Part shown: positions 9,452 through 19,542 of the stretch, piece after piece | How positions within the stretch are numbered: the stretch's first letter is position 1 | Layout of the letters: the number at the start of each line of letters is the position of its first letter | Virus record (IMG/VR): IMGVR_UViG_3300048091_000424 | Strand: one strand, 5' to 3' | DNA from: a virus | Taxonomy: Duplodnaviria > Heunggongvirae > Uroviricota > Caudoviricetes | DNA length: 48,057 nucleotides | Notes under the pieces: generated by a model | What the model saw: only the letters and a program-made list of their open reading frames with translations | Databases searched by the model: none | Told to the model about the DNA's origin: nothing | Made by a program: the position numbers and the translations under genes

Positions 9452-10000
9452 ATGGATCCCCTTATGGAAAACCGAACCTGGCTTCTCCAGACCAAACTAA
9501 TTGGCCTGGACGGCGAGCCGCTGGTGCTTTACCACGGCACCCGATCCCTCGAGCCATTCAGCGAGTTCAGACCATCCGAGTCTGGAGCCCAGGGCCCCGG
9601 TATCTACATGGCCGATGAGCCTGGTCACTACGGCGTCCGGACGATGCGGCTCCATGTCCGGATGACCAACCCCTTCTACTTCTATCCGTCCGACGAATCC
9701 CTTGAAGCTGACATCAACTGTGAGCTCATAGAGCAAGTGCTGCCTGCCGATATCGCATCAATGGTGATCGAGCGGCTCGACCGCGATGGCTATGACCACT
9801 ACGGTACTGAGGTTCAGGATACCCTCAAAGCGCAAGGATATGACGGCATTGTGATGATCTATCCCTTTGGCGAGCCCAAGCTCCAAGATCAGCCTGGCTC
9901 GGCGGTGGTCATTGCTTTTGATCCCAAACAGATTCTGATCCTCCCTGAGAAAGCGCCGGCGCCGGTGCGGGAATTGGTAGACGACTCCCCTGCCCCTTGA
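9452..10000 (+). CDS. ADP-ribosyltransferase-fold protein (ART-PolyVal-like)
   Basis: PLVLYHGT...F.EF...G..GPGIYMAD...YG...NPF...LKAQGYDGIV...AFDPKQI matches the pattern of ART domains in polyvalent proteins. Confidence 0.7.
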   Translation: MDPLMENRTWLLQTKLIGLDGEPLVLYHGTRSLEPFSEFRPSESGAQGPGIYMADEPGHYGVRTMRLHVRMTNPFYFYPSDESLEADINCELIEQVLPADIASMVIERLDRDGYDHYGTEVQDTLKAQGYDGIVMIYPFGEPKLQDQPGSAVVIAFDPKQILILPEKAPAPVRELVDDSPAP

Positions 10001-10141
10001 AACCTGCTCATGGTTTTATCGTGTGTTATTATCAAACAGGCAACGCCAATAATTATAATAAAAACAGGCAGTTAGCTATCGTGATTACTTACCATGTTCT
10101 CTCCGTTTTCGGTGTGGCGCTTGGCCGTGTGGGGATATCCC

Positions 10142-10930
10142 ATGGCTGATTCCAACAACCGATACAGCGCCATCTTTCTTGAAGTCTTCAGTCCGGTTTT
10201 GTCTGGTTCCGAGCCGGTTGAACAGATTATCGGCGGCGGTGGCTTTGAGTTCCATCGGGTGGCGATCACGGCGGCAGCGGACAAGCTCGGGGTGGTACTG
10301 CCAAAGAATCTTGGCGACATCATTTATGCCTTCCGCTATCGCGCCGAGCTCCCCGCTGCCATTCGGGAATTAGCGCCAGCTGGCAAGATATGGACAATTG
10401 ACGGCGCCGGACGCTCCAAGTATCTGGCGAGGATTGTCGACGACGTCTGCATCCGCCCAAATCCACTGCTGCAGCCGATCAAGATGCCAGACGTTACCCC
10501 GCCCAACATTCGAGCTTACGCCGGTACCGATGAGCAACAGCTCCTGTCTCGACTCCGGGAAAACGAACTGATTGGATTGTTCGTAGGAATAAAGCTCTGG
10601 TCGCACCAGAACCACTTGCGCACCACGGTTAAAGGCATCGGACAGATCGAAATCGACGAGATCTACCTCGGCATCGACAAGTACGGCGTCCAGTACGTGG
10701 TGCCTGTTCAGGCCAAGCGTAATAAGGACAAGCACGGCATTGTCCAGACGCGCCAGGACATCCGCTACTGCAAGGCACAGTACCCAAACCACGTTTGCAT
10801 CCCTGTCTCTGTACAGTTCATCGTCGAGGGCGATGTGATTGCGATGTTCCGGCTTGAGGAGGACGTTGAAAAGGATTCCATCAAGGTAATCGAGGAAATC
10901 CACTACACCCTCAGCGCTAGCTGGGATTGA
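10142..10930 (+). CDS. Putative PD-(D/E)XK restriction endonuclease-like protein (no adjacent methyltransferase)
   Basis: KNLGDIIYAFRYR, DEQQLL, HLRTTVKGIGQIEIDEIY...VPVQAK motifs typical of an endonuclease family usually found in R-M loci. Confidence 0.6.
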   Translation: MADSNNRYSAIFLEVFSPVLSGSEPVEQIIGGGGFEFHRVAITAAADKLGVVLPKNLGDIIYAFRYRAELPAAIRELAPAGKIWTIDGAGRSKYLARIVDDVCIRPNPLLQPIKMPDVTPPNIRAYAGTDEQQLLSRLRENELIGLFVGIKLWSHQNHLRTTVKGIGQIEIDEIYLGIDKYGVQYVVPVQAKRNKDKHGIVQTRQDIRYCKAQYPNHVCIPVSVQFIVEGDVIAMFRLEEDVEKDSIKVIEEIHYTLSASWD

Positions 10931-10998
10931 TCGCCGTATTCGGGTGGAAAGTAGCGGATTTTTACCATAAATTGTCAGTTGAACTGCGTGTCACTGAT

Positions 10999-11541
10999 AT
11001 GTACTCAAAACCCCCACAAATAACGCCCAAAAGGGATCTTTGCATGACTTCTACGTACCTCAGCATCAGTCGTGAATTGCTCGAGCTGATTGAAAAGACT
11101 TGGGTCGTGCCCACCGGTCAATCACCGAGCACAGCTGATCAAGCCAGACTGTCCATTATTAATGGTTTGCAGGAACTACGTGATGTGCTCGCCATCGAAC
11201 GGGAGGTCAGTGAAGATGAGAGAGCCACCCTGCTTCTACCACTTCCAGAACCATACCAAACGGCAACTCTTTACACCGCTGATCAAATGCGAGCTTACGC
11301 GCTGATGAACGGAGTCCAACTCGCCTCCTTGCACTCCAACTTTCTTCGCCGGCAGCTTCAATCAGTGCGCAAGGTTAAAGAGGATGCCTTGGAAGCGCTG
11401 ACTGCGATTTCTGAAATCGAAGACAAGCTCAATGGTGGCGATTGGGATGAGATTGAAGAAGCCCGAGGTATCGCTAATGCCGCCCTATCCGCCTGTGAGC
11501 CGTATGCTGAGGTTTTGCCAGCAAATCCATTGCTTTGCTGA
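10999..11541 (+). CDS. Hypothetical protein
   Basis: ORF with protein-like composition; start uncertain (10999 or 11043). Confidence 0.5.
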   Translation: MYSKPPQITPKRDLCMTSTYLSISRELLELIEKTWVVPTGQSPSTADQARLSIINGLQELRDVLAIEREVSEDERATLLLPLPEPYQTATLYTADQMRAYALMNGVQLASLHSNFLRRQLQSVRKVKEDALEALTAISEIEDKLNGGDWDEIEEARGIANAALSACEPYAEVLPANPLLC

Positions 11542-11685
11542 TCAGGCATCGTCAGCGCCATTCCAAGGCTACAGGGCTGCCATTCGGCGGGTCGTCTGTA
11601 AAGGTAACCTCATTTGTTCTATATTGAGCCTCCCGAGATCCCCATCAGGGAATGTGGTTATCAGTTATCCGCTGAGCCCCACAGG

Positions 11686-11717
11686 AAAATGCCGCCCTAA
11701 TCAGGCGGCATTTTTTT
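11686..11717. terminator. Bidirectional intrinsic terminator between convergent genes
   Basis: AAAATGCCGCC-CTAATCA-GGCGGCATTTTTTT. Confidence 0.8.
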
Positions 11718-11729
11718 ATCGCGGGAGCA

Positions 11730-13499
11730 TTACAGGAACGCATTCATCATGCTTTCCATTGGCTTGGCGAGCTTGGCCTGCGGGGCACTTACCTCCTTCA
11801 ATGGTTCCAGCTTGTATTTCTCAGCGATACGGGCATAACCGGCTTTCGCATCAGCGATGACACCTGCAGGTGCCACGTCCTGGTATTTGGCCACGTGCTC
11901 AGAGAATGCGTTGGTAATTTCCTCACCAAGCTTGATGGTGTACTCAGACTCACGCTCGAAGCCAAAGTGAATCGAGCCAAGCACGTCATGCCAGAGGGCT
12001 TTCGCGGCTGGCTGCTCCAGACCAATCCTCCCGCTGCCTGATAGCACACCAGGGTTGTAGCTACCGTCCTTGGCCATGAAATTTTTTTCCATCAGGAATC
12101 GGACGACGTCTGGCACCTCTTTTGCCGTCTTGTTTTGCATCGCAACCGGGTCTATCTGGCTGATCACGATATCGAGCGCCATGGCCGTTCGGTGCCAACT
12201 GTCCTTGATAGCCACGAGGCGACGTGGCCGAATGTAGTCGTTGTAGATGTCGGCATTTCCATTGAGGCGCATGTAGTCGACAACGGCGGTCAGATCAGCA
12301 GCCACTTCGACCAGGCTGTAGTTATACCGCCCCCTACTCGTGGACTGGTTATGGAGGGCCTGGTCTTTAACCTCATCCTTGTCGTCAATTTCCGGGAAAA
12401 AGAAGCAGTGGCCTGCCTCGTGTGATTTCACCATGAAATCGGCGTATTTTTTGTCCGTGATGGTTGGGTCATCATCATGGAACTCGTAAAAATTACCGTC
12501 GACACTGACATCTGCTATCGGCTTGTGCTGCACCAGGCACACCGCTTCATCGGAGAGGATCCCTTTATCCACTTGCGTGGAGAAGCCACTGCGATTCGAC
12601 TTGCTCAGAGAGTCGAAGCTCTCTTTCATCGATTTGGCCGATTCGACATTCATGTAGTGATGCAAGAGCTGGGTGCTGTCGAACTCCCCGTAATTGACGA
12701 TCTTGTGTTTCTCAAATTTACCGCTACCGATAGACGTCTCAATTGTTGGCCTGGCTGAAAGATCGACGTAGGCAATATTTTCCGCTTTCTGAACGAGGTT
12801 CGCGCCCCATAGGCCGGCCATGGCCATTCCGCCAATGGCTGCAGTTGTGGCGGCGAGTTTCAGCCCGTTAGCCAGGAACTTTTTCAACGGATTGGATTTG
12901 AGCGCGGCGGTGTCTACGTTCTCAGGGGCCTCATTAATCATGGTCAGCAGATCGCGACTTTCATCCGGGTACTGATCAACCCACTGAGACGACACGATCT
13001 CATTCTTGATCGAGGCCCGAGGATCAGTCGGCGCAACACTTGCAACGATGGTTTGCAGCGAGGTGTTGTAGAGACCCAGCTCATTGACATCCCTTGAGGC
13101 CCTTGCCGTCATCTCAGACAGCGCCAGCGGTGCGAACTCGTCGCTCAGCAAAGAGTACAGATCTTGTGAGTACAGGCTTTTGATATCGTCTTTGACGCTG
13201 ATGCACATCGAGCGATACAGCGGTGCGTTGCCGGTCATCAACGAGCTGGTGAGCAGCAGCCCCTTGCTCTTGATGCTGAGGCACGACGCAAATGCCTGGT
13301 CGGAGCCAAGTCCGTCCGGATTGGCGAGGTCAAGTTCAGCCCAGAACCCTGAGAGCTCCTGCCCTTGGCTCGCATCATTCAGGCCATTAAGCGTGGGCTG
13401 ATAGCCCTCGGCATCGACAATTCGCTCTAGCTCGACAAACTGGGCTTGATAACCCGTGATGGCCTGAGAGATACCCTGACGAATGCGTTCAGAAGACAT
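11730..13499 (-). CDS. Putative membrane-anchored zincin metallopeptidase
   Basis: Central TM segment (AATTAAIGGMAMAGLWGA), HExxH motif SHEAGHCFF, and a downstream EVAAD third-ligand motif. Confidence 0.7.
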   Translation of the reverse strand: MSSERIRQGISQAITGYQAQFVELERIVDAEGYQPTLNGLNDASQGQELSGFWAELDLANPDGLGSDQAFASCLSIKSKGLLLTSSLMTGNAPLYRSMCISVKDDIKSLYSQDLYSLLSDEFAPLALSEMTARASRDVNELGLYNTSLQTIVASVAPTDPRASIKNEIVSSQWVDQYPDESRDLLTMINEAPENVDTAALKSNPLKKFLANGLKLAATTAAIGGMAMAGLWGANLVQKAENIAYVDLSARPTIETSIGSGKFEKHKIVNYGEFDSTQLLHHYMNVESAKSMKESFDSLSKSNRSGFSTQVDKGILSDEAVCLVQHKPIADVSVDGNFYEFHDDDPTITDKKYADFMVKSHEAGHCFFFPEIDDKDEVKDQALHNQSTSRGRYNYSLVEVAADLTAVVDYMRLNGNADIYNDYIRPRRLVAIKDSWHRTAMALDIVISQIDPVAMQNKTAKEVPDVVRFLMEKNFMAKDGSYNPGVLSGSGRIGLEQPAAKALWHDVLGSIHFGFERESEYTIKLGEEITNAFSEHVAKYQDVAPAGVIADAKAGYARIAEKYKLEPLKEVSAPQAKLAKPMESMMNAFL

Positions 13500-13873
13500 G
13501 TGAATTCCTTGTCATTTCTTCTTATTGTTACATAAGCGATTTGACCAAGCACAGGCTCAGCAGCGGCCCTTGGAAATGGTTGAATGAAATAATTCTGGAG
13601 TGACATCAGCTGACGCCAATGGATATACATAAGGGTGACAATCTGGCGCCTTACGCTACCGGATCTAGCGCCTTATCATTAAAGGCAGTTGATAGAAGAA
13701 GATAAGCCCCGCTGTCGCGACGTAGCAGTGAGGCTCTTGGAGCTATGAATGGGGTCGCACAACGTACAAGCGTTGCCATTCGAGCGGGGATTGGGTCTTT
13801 TGGGCTCAAACTGTGCTTTCAGGGCAGCCTGACACAGCTGGCGCCGCTCCGACGTCGAACATCGATCAGCTGG

Positions 13874-14545
13874 TTAAGGCTCCGGGAAGCATTCGTCAGC
13901 TTCATCAGGCTCATCGTCCCACACAGGCTCCGTCGTGAGAGCCTCCATGTTCGCCTGCATGTATGTCGCCAGGGCTCCGAAATCTTCCAGGGCTTGTCGC
14001 AGCCCTTCCCGCCCGCACTGGCTAAGCTCGATGATATCGTCTTGTGACACGGGCTTCAGGCATATTGGTTCCCCCAGCATGCGTCCTGTCCAATTCTGAA
14101 TAAGACTTGCCATGGAGTGAACACCGTTGGCATCGAGCAAAAGTTCGTTCTCATGGCTCCAAAGGCCGCTATGGAGCGTGAGGCCATCGCGAGTCGTGAT
14201 CAGCATTAGCCTGGCATCCGGAAACGCCTGAGACAGCGCCAGGGTTAAGTCGTGCTTGGCCTGATTACTGCCGTATTTCAATGCGAGCCTCAACACCTGG
14301 CCATAACGCTCAGGATCGGTGTCCATGATGTCGTAGAGCACATCACTGTCTTCCAGCGGATACCAAAATGGCTTAATACTCCAATTCATGAACTGACGCC
14401 CGAAGTCCAGTGCCGCATCGATGCTTGGTGCGATTGGATTGCTGGTGCTGGAAATCGCCTCACCGATTGAGGTTAGGTTTTTGCTGGCGCCATCCAGAAG
14501 CTGCTTGAACTCAAATCTGTCTTTGCCGTCGATTACGTTGGTCAT
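13874..14545 (-). CDS. Hypothetical protein with acidic DEPDEADECFPEP tail
   Basis: 223-aa ORF with an RBS-like GGGGGA upstream. Confidence 0.7.
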   Translation of the reverse strand: MTNVIDGKDRFEFKQLLDGASKNLTSIGEAISSTSNPIAPSIDAALDFGRQFMNWSIKPFWYPLEDSDVLYDIMDTDPERYGQVLRLALKYGSNQAKHDLTLALSQAFPDARLMLITTRDGLTLHSGLWSHENELLLDANGVHSMASLIQNWTGRMLGEPICLKPVSQDDIIELSQCGREGLRQALEDFGALATYMQANMEALTTEPVWDDEPDEADECFPEP

Positions 14546-14744
14546 GAGAATCCCCCTGCCCCAGTCTATTGGTTGCCGGTAGTAGCGGGCAACCAGGTCG
14601 TTCTTTGTGACCTTGGTTGAGCGGGTTGACGCTGGCGGAGAGTGCCGCCTGCGCGTACCGAATTAGTGGCCATTTTTATGCTTAATTGTACAGAAGGCAA
14701 TTCTTCATTTACACTAATGTCACTGTAAACTGGAATATTTAAAG

Positions 14745-15587
14745 ATGGAATTAAAACCATACATCGCTAATGAACTTACAAGAATAGAAGCGCTTAAGGA
14801 ACTAATTGGCGAAGAAGATCCTGGTGATTTTGCGGCTAAATTCAATCTAACATACGAAGGGATTGCAAAATATTTGTCAGGCGCATTGCCGCTTACAAAA
14901 AAATCGGGCAGGATTTTAACGACTCGATTAAACCTGCCGTATGATTATTTTGAGTTGGCTCGACCAGGCACAACAAACAAATACAACTCTACTCAAAGCA
15001 CTGATGAGTTAATCCCGGTTACCCAGGTCACAAAAAAGTGGGCGAAGCCGAGAGTATTTAGACGACCAAAGCGTGAAAAAGAGGTCGTTGTTGATATCTC
15101 ATCGGATAACAGATCGGAATACATACTCAACAGCTTGCTATCAGGCCGTCACCAGATCGGAAGACGTCTTAAAGACGAGCGCATTCGTTTAGGCTTTGCA
15201 ATAAGCAGGTTCTCAAGCCTTATGTCAGTCGATGGTAAAACTCAGCTTCGATATGAGTCAGGCGCAGAAGACATACCAGCAGAGTACTTGAGACTTGCGG
15301 AATTAAGTCATAAAGTTGATGTTCTTTATGTTTTATCGGCAAAAAGGCAACTCATATTAACGTCGCATCAGGAGTTAATTGGAGCGAGATTAAAGATCGA
15401 GCGCCTGAGATGTAAAATGTCAGAATATGAATTCGCTGACGCCCTGTCCACTTCACTATCAACGCAGATACTTTATGAGTCTGGTGCGGAAAGTATTCCA
15501 TCCAGATACTTGAGTCTTGCGGCACTTATTTTGAAGGTGGATGTTGTTTACATACTTACTTCAAACAGAGTATATCGTGGGCAGTGA
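14745..15587 (+). CDS. Triple XRE/Cro-type HTH protein
   Basis: One divergent N-terminal HTH plus two repeats of IG.RLK.ER.RL....F......TQ..YESG...IP..YL.LA....VDV.Y.L; AT-rich DNA. Confidence 0.8.
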   Translation: MELKPYIANELTRIEALKELIGEEDPGDFAAKFNLTYEGIAKYLSGALPLTKKSGRILTTRLNLPYDYFELARPGTTNKYNSTQSTDELIPVTQVTKKWAKPRVFRRPKREKEVVVDISSDNRSEYILNSLLSGRHQIGRRLKDERIRLGFAISRFSSLMSVDGKTQLRYESGAEDIPAEYLRLAELSHKVDVLYVLSAKRQLILTSHQELIGARLKIERLRCKMSEYEFADALSTSLSTQILYESGAESIPSRYLSLAALILKVDVVYILTSNRVYRGQ

Positions 15588-15793
15588 ATCTAAAAGTTAT
15601 TATTAGTTATGTTTTATTTTGACAAAACCTCTTTTCGATCAAGCTGATAATGCCAATTCTGAAGCTGGAGTGCCTGGCCTGTTGTACGAATCTGGTTGGA
15701 GCTCGTCGCAAAAGTGACAAAAATGGTTATCAATCCCGTCACAATCGCCAATTCTTGTCCTATAATATGGACATTAATTTGCGGGTATGGCCC

Positions 15794-16573
15794 ATGCGAA
15801 CACCATCATACAAGGCTGATGAATTATCTCGAGCTACAGTTCTTAATGAGTTGATTGGCAATCGTAATATTTGTGCTTTTGCAAGTAAATTCGGACTTAC
15901 ATCCACTGGATTAATTAATTACCTGTATGGCGGTGCGAAATTAACGAAACAATCAGGTAAAGTTCTTGCGGTTAGGCTAAAACTCCCGGTCGATTATTTT
16001 GAAGTCGTAAAACCTGGAAGCAAAAACAGATTTAATTCCCCGTATGGGCATTATGACGAAGATGAGGACGCTGCTTTGACAGGCGGATCAGCCCCTCACC
16101 GCCTTGCTAAGAACTTTTCTGAACCTGAATCTGACATATTGAATACTCATCCGGTTCTGATAGGTAAAAGACTACGTGAGGAGCGGATGCGCCTTGGGAT
16201 TTCCGTAAATCATTTTACCTATGTGATGGCGATTAATGGATCCACGCAGACTATGTTTGAAGAAGGATTGAAAAGCATTACTGCTGAATACCTAAGCCTC
16301 GCACAAGCAAGATTTCATATTGACGTAAATTACATTTTAACCGCAGAGCGGCGTGTCAGTGAAGACAATCACAAAAAGCAAATCGGTGAAAGATTAAAAG
16401 AAGAAAGGATCAGGATGAATATTTCACAAGAAGACTTTTCAGGTGTATTAGCGACACCAATTGAAACGCAAATACTCTATGAATCAGGCGTTGAAAGTAT
16501 TCCTGTGCAGTATTTAAGCTTGGCGGCATTTAAGTTTGATATTAATGTTTATTACATTCTCTCAGGAAAGTGA
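15794..16573 (+). CDS. Triple XRE/Cro-type HTH protein, paralog of 14745..15587
   Basis: Same three-module layout; aligns with the upstream gene from MRTPSYKADEL onward. Confidence 0.8.
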   Translation: MRTPSYKADELSRATVLNELIGNRNICAFASKFGLTSTGLINYLYGGAKLTKQSGKVLAVRLKLPVDYFEVVKPGSKNRFNSPYGHYDEDEDAALTGGSAPHRLAKNFSEPESDILNTHPVLIGKRLREERMRLGISVNHFTYVMAINGSTQTMFEEGLKSITAEYLSLAQARFHIDVNYILTAERRVSEDNHKKQIGERLKEERIRMNISQEDFSGVLATPIETQILYESGVESIPVQYLSLAAFKFDINVYYILSGK

Positions 16574-16596
16574 TTAATTGTTAAATTACTCTATCA

Positions 16597-17040
16597 ATGG
16601 AATTTGTGATGGACAACTCAAAAGAAGAGCTTTCACAACTTGCTCAGATTGTTACTGAAGCTAGAGATCACTTTCTGCAAATTCTTGAGGCCTCGGTTGA
16701 GCATCAAAACACCAAAGGCACATGCTTATTCGCGGTGGTTTTCTGCGGCACACTGATCAATCGATTCACTGGCTTCACGGCAATCATTCGCGGGGGCGAT
16801 GGATCCGGCGATGGTGGGCTGTTCATTGGTGACAAGGGCTACGGCCATTACTGGATCGATATTGACGTTCAGGGTCAAACCTACATCGTCGACATCACAG
16901 GCGATCAATTTGGTTTGGAGCCGGTCATCGTTTCGGCTGCTGACGCCCTGACCCCCAAGTATGTGCCAGGGTGCCAAACCACAGTGGATCGCCACGTTGA
17001 AGAGATGCACCTGAGCTTTACCCAGACCTGTGTCGGTTAA
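16597..17040 (+). CDS. Transglutaminase/papain-like small protein
   Basis: Candidate Cys-His-Asp triad: GTCL...GHYW...VDITGDQF. Confidence 0.55.
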   Translation: MEFVMDNSKEELSQLAQIVTEARDHFLQILEASVEHQNTKGTCLFAVVFCGTLINRFTGFTAIIRGGDGSGDGGLFIGDKGYGHYWIDIDVQGQTYIVDITGDQFGLEPVIVSAADALTPKYVPGCQTTVDRHVEEMHLSFTQTCVG

Positions 17041-17150
17041 CATCCGGTGCGAATCCTAGGGTGCCGGTGCCGGCGCCTGGCCATGGGGAACAATTGCTGG
17101 CGCCGATACGGATACTCCATACTGGGAAAAACTCAACGTAAGGTGAGCGT

Positions 17151-18035
17151 ATGCAGCAGCGTTTTTACCATGGCTCGCCAAAACACTTCCCTATTGGCTT
17201 TAGACTGGCACCACAAGCAGACGGGTACGCTCAACGAGATGAGGCCTCTGACCTGGAGAAGTTGTTTGAATCCAGACGGCCAGCAGGCAAGACTGCCCGT
17301 ACGAAGAGCGTTTTCTTGGTAGCTGACCCTGACCTTATCGATGCAGCCGGTGGTTACACCGACGCAGTGTATCTTGTCGAGCCAAAGTCCACACCTGAGC
17401 AATCAGACCTTTGCTGGTATTCCGAAGCGTATGCTGAGATGGAAAGCGAACCGCACTCCATGGCCCGCGTGCTGGAATGCATTGACCAATACTGGTCGGG
17501 TGAGCCCTTCCCGGTATCCGAGCGGCGGTGCACTGAATACCGCGTCACCGCAGCCATCGTTCTGGAGCTCGCCGAGCTCAATGTGGACTTCGAGGATCTG
17601 GAGCAGCTCCCAGCGGCGCCAGCCGACTATTCCAGGTGGCCGGATCTGCTTCCTGATGCGCAGGCTATCGCCGAGTACATCTCATCCCAGACGCCCTATG
17701 AGATCTGTGAGGAGCAAATCGAAGAGCAGTACTTTGGCAGCGCCGCCCGGCTCCAATGGATTGCCCTATCTTCGATTTCGCTCGAAAACCAGGAACATCA
17801 TGAGATTGATCCGAAGCGGCAAGCCAAATGCGAAAAACTCAACGTAGCGACGATGCCACCTTTCCTGGTTGAGGATGGCGTCATGCAGGACGGTCATCAC
17901 AGGATTCGCACGCTGCTGGCCAAAGGCATAACCCATCACTGGGTCTACGTGACGGAAGACGCTCCAGATTCAGCGCTGGCCCCCGCTTGCGCAAGCCGTT
18001 GGGATCGGCTCTATGACGGCTATGAGCCAAGCTGA
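17151..18035 (+). CDS. Arr-like ADP-ribosyltransferase domain fused to a ParB/Srx-like domain
   Basis: N-terminal FYHGS...L.P...VFLV...VYLVEP resembles Arr-type ARTs; C-terminal PPFLVEDGVMQDGHHRIRTL is ParB/Srx-type; ends YEPS. Confidence 0.65.
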   Translation: MQQRFYHGSPKHFPIGFRLAPQADGYAQRDEASDLEKLFESRRPAGKTARTKSVFLVADPDLIDAAGGYTDAVYLVEPKSTPEQSDLCWYSEAYAEMESEPHSMARVLECIDQYWSGEPFPVSERRCTEYRVTAAIVLELAELNVDFEDLEQLPAAPADYSRWPDLLPDAQAIAEYISSQTPYEICEEQIEEQYFGSAARLQWIALSSISLENQEHHEIDPKRQAKCEKLNVATMPPFLVEDGVMQDGHHRIRTLLAKGITHHWVYVTEDAPDSALAPACASRWDRLYDGYEPS

Positions 18036-18220
18036 TCAAGACCTTCAGCAATCTGTGGAAGTCATGCAGAACACGCATTGCGATTATAATAAATTGCCAA
18101 AATCCTTATACAACATTGTAATTACGAGCCATAATCACTCCGTCGAAACCATGATTCTTGGCTGCGCAGCCAGTTCTCGCGCAGCAATTAAACCGAAGAA
18201 AGCATACGGCGGAGCCATTG

Positions 18221-19066
18221 ATGCTGATCTACACCAATCACCTGACCCTCGAACCCGAAGACGGCGCCAACAGCGTACTGACCCTGCTGGCCGAGTGGCT
18301 ATCCTGGAAAACTAAAGAACCCATCAATATCCCGATGCTGCTTTCTGACATTACGGAGCGCACATACCGCGAGCAAGGTGTACTGCAAACAAGCCACTGC
18401 CCCACTGCTAAAGGTGCATTTGGCTTCAAGGCTGACTATTCTCACGTGGATTCCAGGATCCCCACGCGCCGATGGACGACCGAGATCGAACTCCATCAGG
18501 CAGAGCACGACCATTGCGTTGAATGCACCGTCTCTGTCAGCGTGGTCGATCAAATGCGGGTGAAAGGCAGCAAGCCCATGTCATCACGGCCACGGCTTCT
18601 CGTCGACATCGTAGAAAAATGCCGACCGGTTGGGTCAACCCCAGGGTTGTTCGCAAAAGACCTGACACTCGCCACCTGCGAGAAATTTCTCACTGAGGTC
18701 AATCGGATCGGGCGGCAAACGCCTATCGTGGTCTTCAGTTGCAAAGCAGACGGCCAGCCGATCATTGAATCAGATAGATTGCGTGAGCAGTTGCTGGGCC
18801 TGGCAGAGATTTATTTCATTCCGCCCCATGCGGACGTCAGTGATCTGGCCACTGCTATCGGTACGCGGATGATGGCCGATGAAGGCGCCGCACGCATTCT
18901 GTATCCGATTAGCGACTCGAGCATTCCTAGCCTGTATGTCCTGCCATACAACCGGGATGGAAGTGATCGCACCAGGCGTGAGATGGAAGATTTCATTTGC
19001 CAGAAGCTCATGCGCCGGAACGCCGCCAGCAAAACGGCGTTGATGGACTGCGAAGATTCGGCGTGA
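18221..19066 (+). CDS. Hypothetical protein
   Basis: GGAG RBS before ATG 18221; globular alpha/beta composition. Confidence 0.7.
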   Translation: MLIYTNHLTLEPEDGANSVLTLLAEWLSWKTKEPINIPMLLSDITERTYREQGVLQTSHCPTAKGAFGFKADYSHVDSRIPTRRWTTEIELHQAEHDHCVECTVSVSVVDQMRVKGSKPMSSRPRLLVDIVEKCRPVGSTPGLFAKDLTLATCEKFLTEVNRIGRQTPIVVFSCKADGQPIIESDRLREQLLGLAEIYFIPPHADVSDLATAIGTRMMADEGAARILYPISDSSIPSLYVLPYNRDGSDRTRREMEDFICQKLMRRNAASKTALMDCEDSA

Positions 19067-19118
19067 TCCAGGTGTTGGCTTGCCGGCTCGTGTGGCCGGC
19101 AATTATCAATCGCCGGCT

Positions 19119-19487
19119 TCACACAAAAACTTGCACCGGGAATAGCCCGCGTGGCAATCGGTTACGACCTCGAAGTCGTGCAACCTTCGTAGCCCAAAAG
19201 TGACGTGCCTGACCTCGAGGTGAGGCGCTTTTCTCGTAGATAGCAGAGATCAGAGACGTGGGCATGTTCGATGCCTTGGCGCCGTACTCAACCTCCGCGT
19301 AAAAACATAAAACGGCATCTTTGTTCAAACGTAAGTGTTTCGGGGCTGCTTGATCAACGCCACAGGCCGAGCACGTAGCGGCTCTGCACGTAACCGCTCG
19401 CGATTGACCACGAAACTCGATGACGTTATCGAACGATATTTCTGTCAGTGAGCCCTGTTCGCAGATTGGGCATTGATCTTGGTTCAT
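19119..19487 (-). CDS. YgiT/MqsA-type zinc-ribbon protein lacking the HTH domain
   Basis: CPIC...IEFRGQ...CSACG zinc ribbon; GGAG RBS before ATG 19487. Confidence 0.55.
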   Translation of the reverse strand: MNQDQCPICEQGSLTEISFDNVIEFRGQSRAVTCRAATCSACGVDQAAPKHLRLNKDAVLCFYAEVEYGAKASNMPTSLISAIYEKSASPRGQARHFWATKVARLRGRNRLPRGLFPVQVFV

Positions 19488-19542
19488 AGGGGTTTCTCCT
19501 TTACCGCAATCAGGCACGGTCGCCATAGTCGTGACAGCGTGT

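Noticed and set aside
17151-17600. Calling the ART domain arr (rifampicin resistance)
   Set aside because: Only the fold-level motif is shared; it is fused to a ParB-like domain and lacks a resistance-cassette context.
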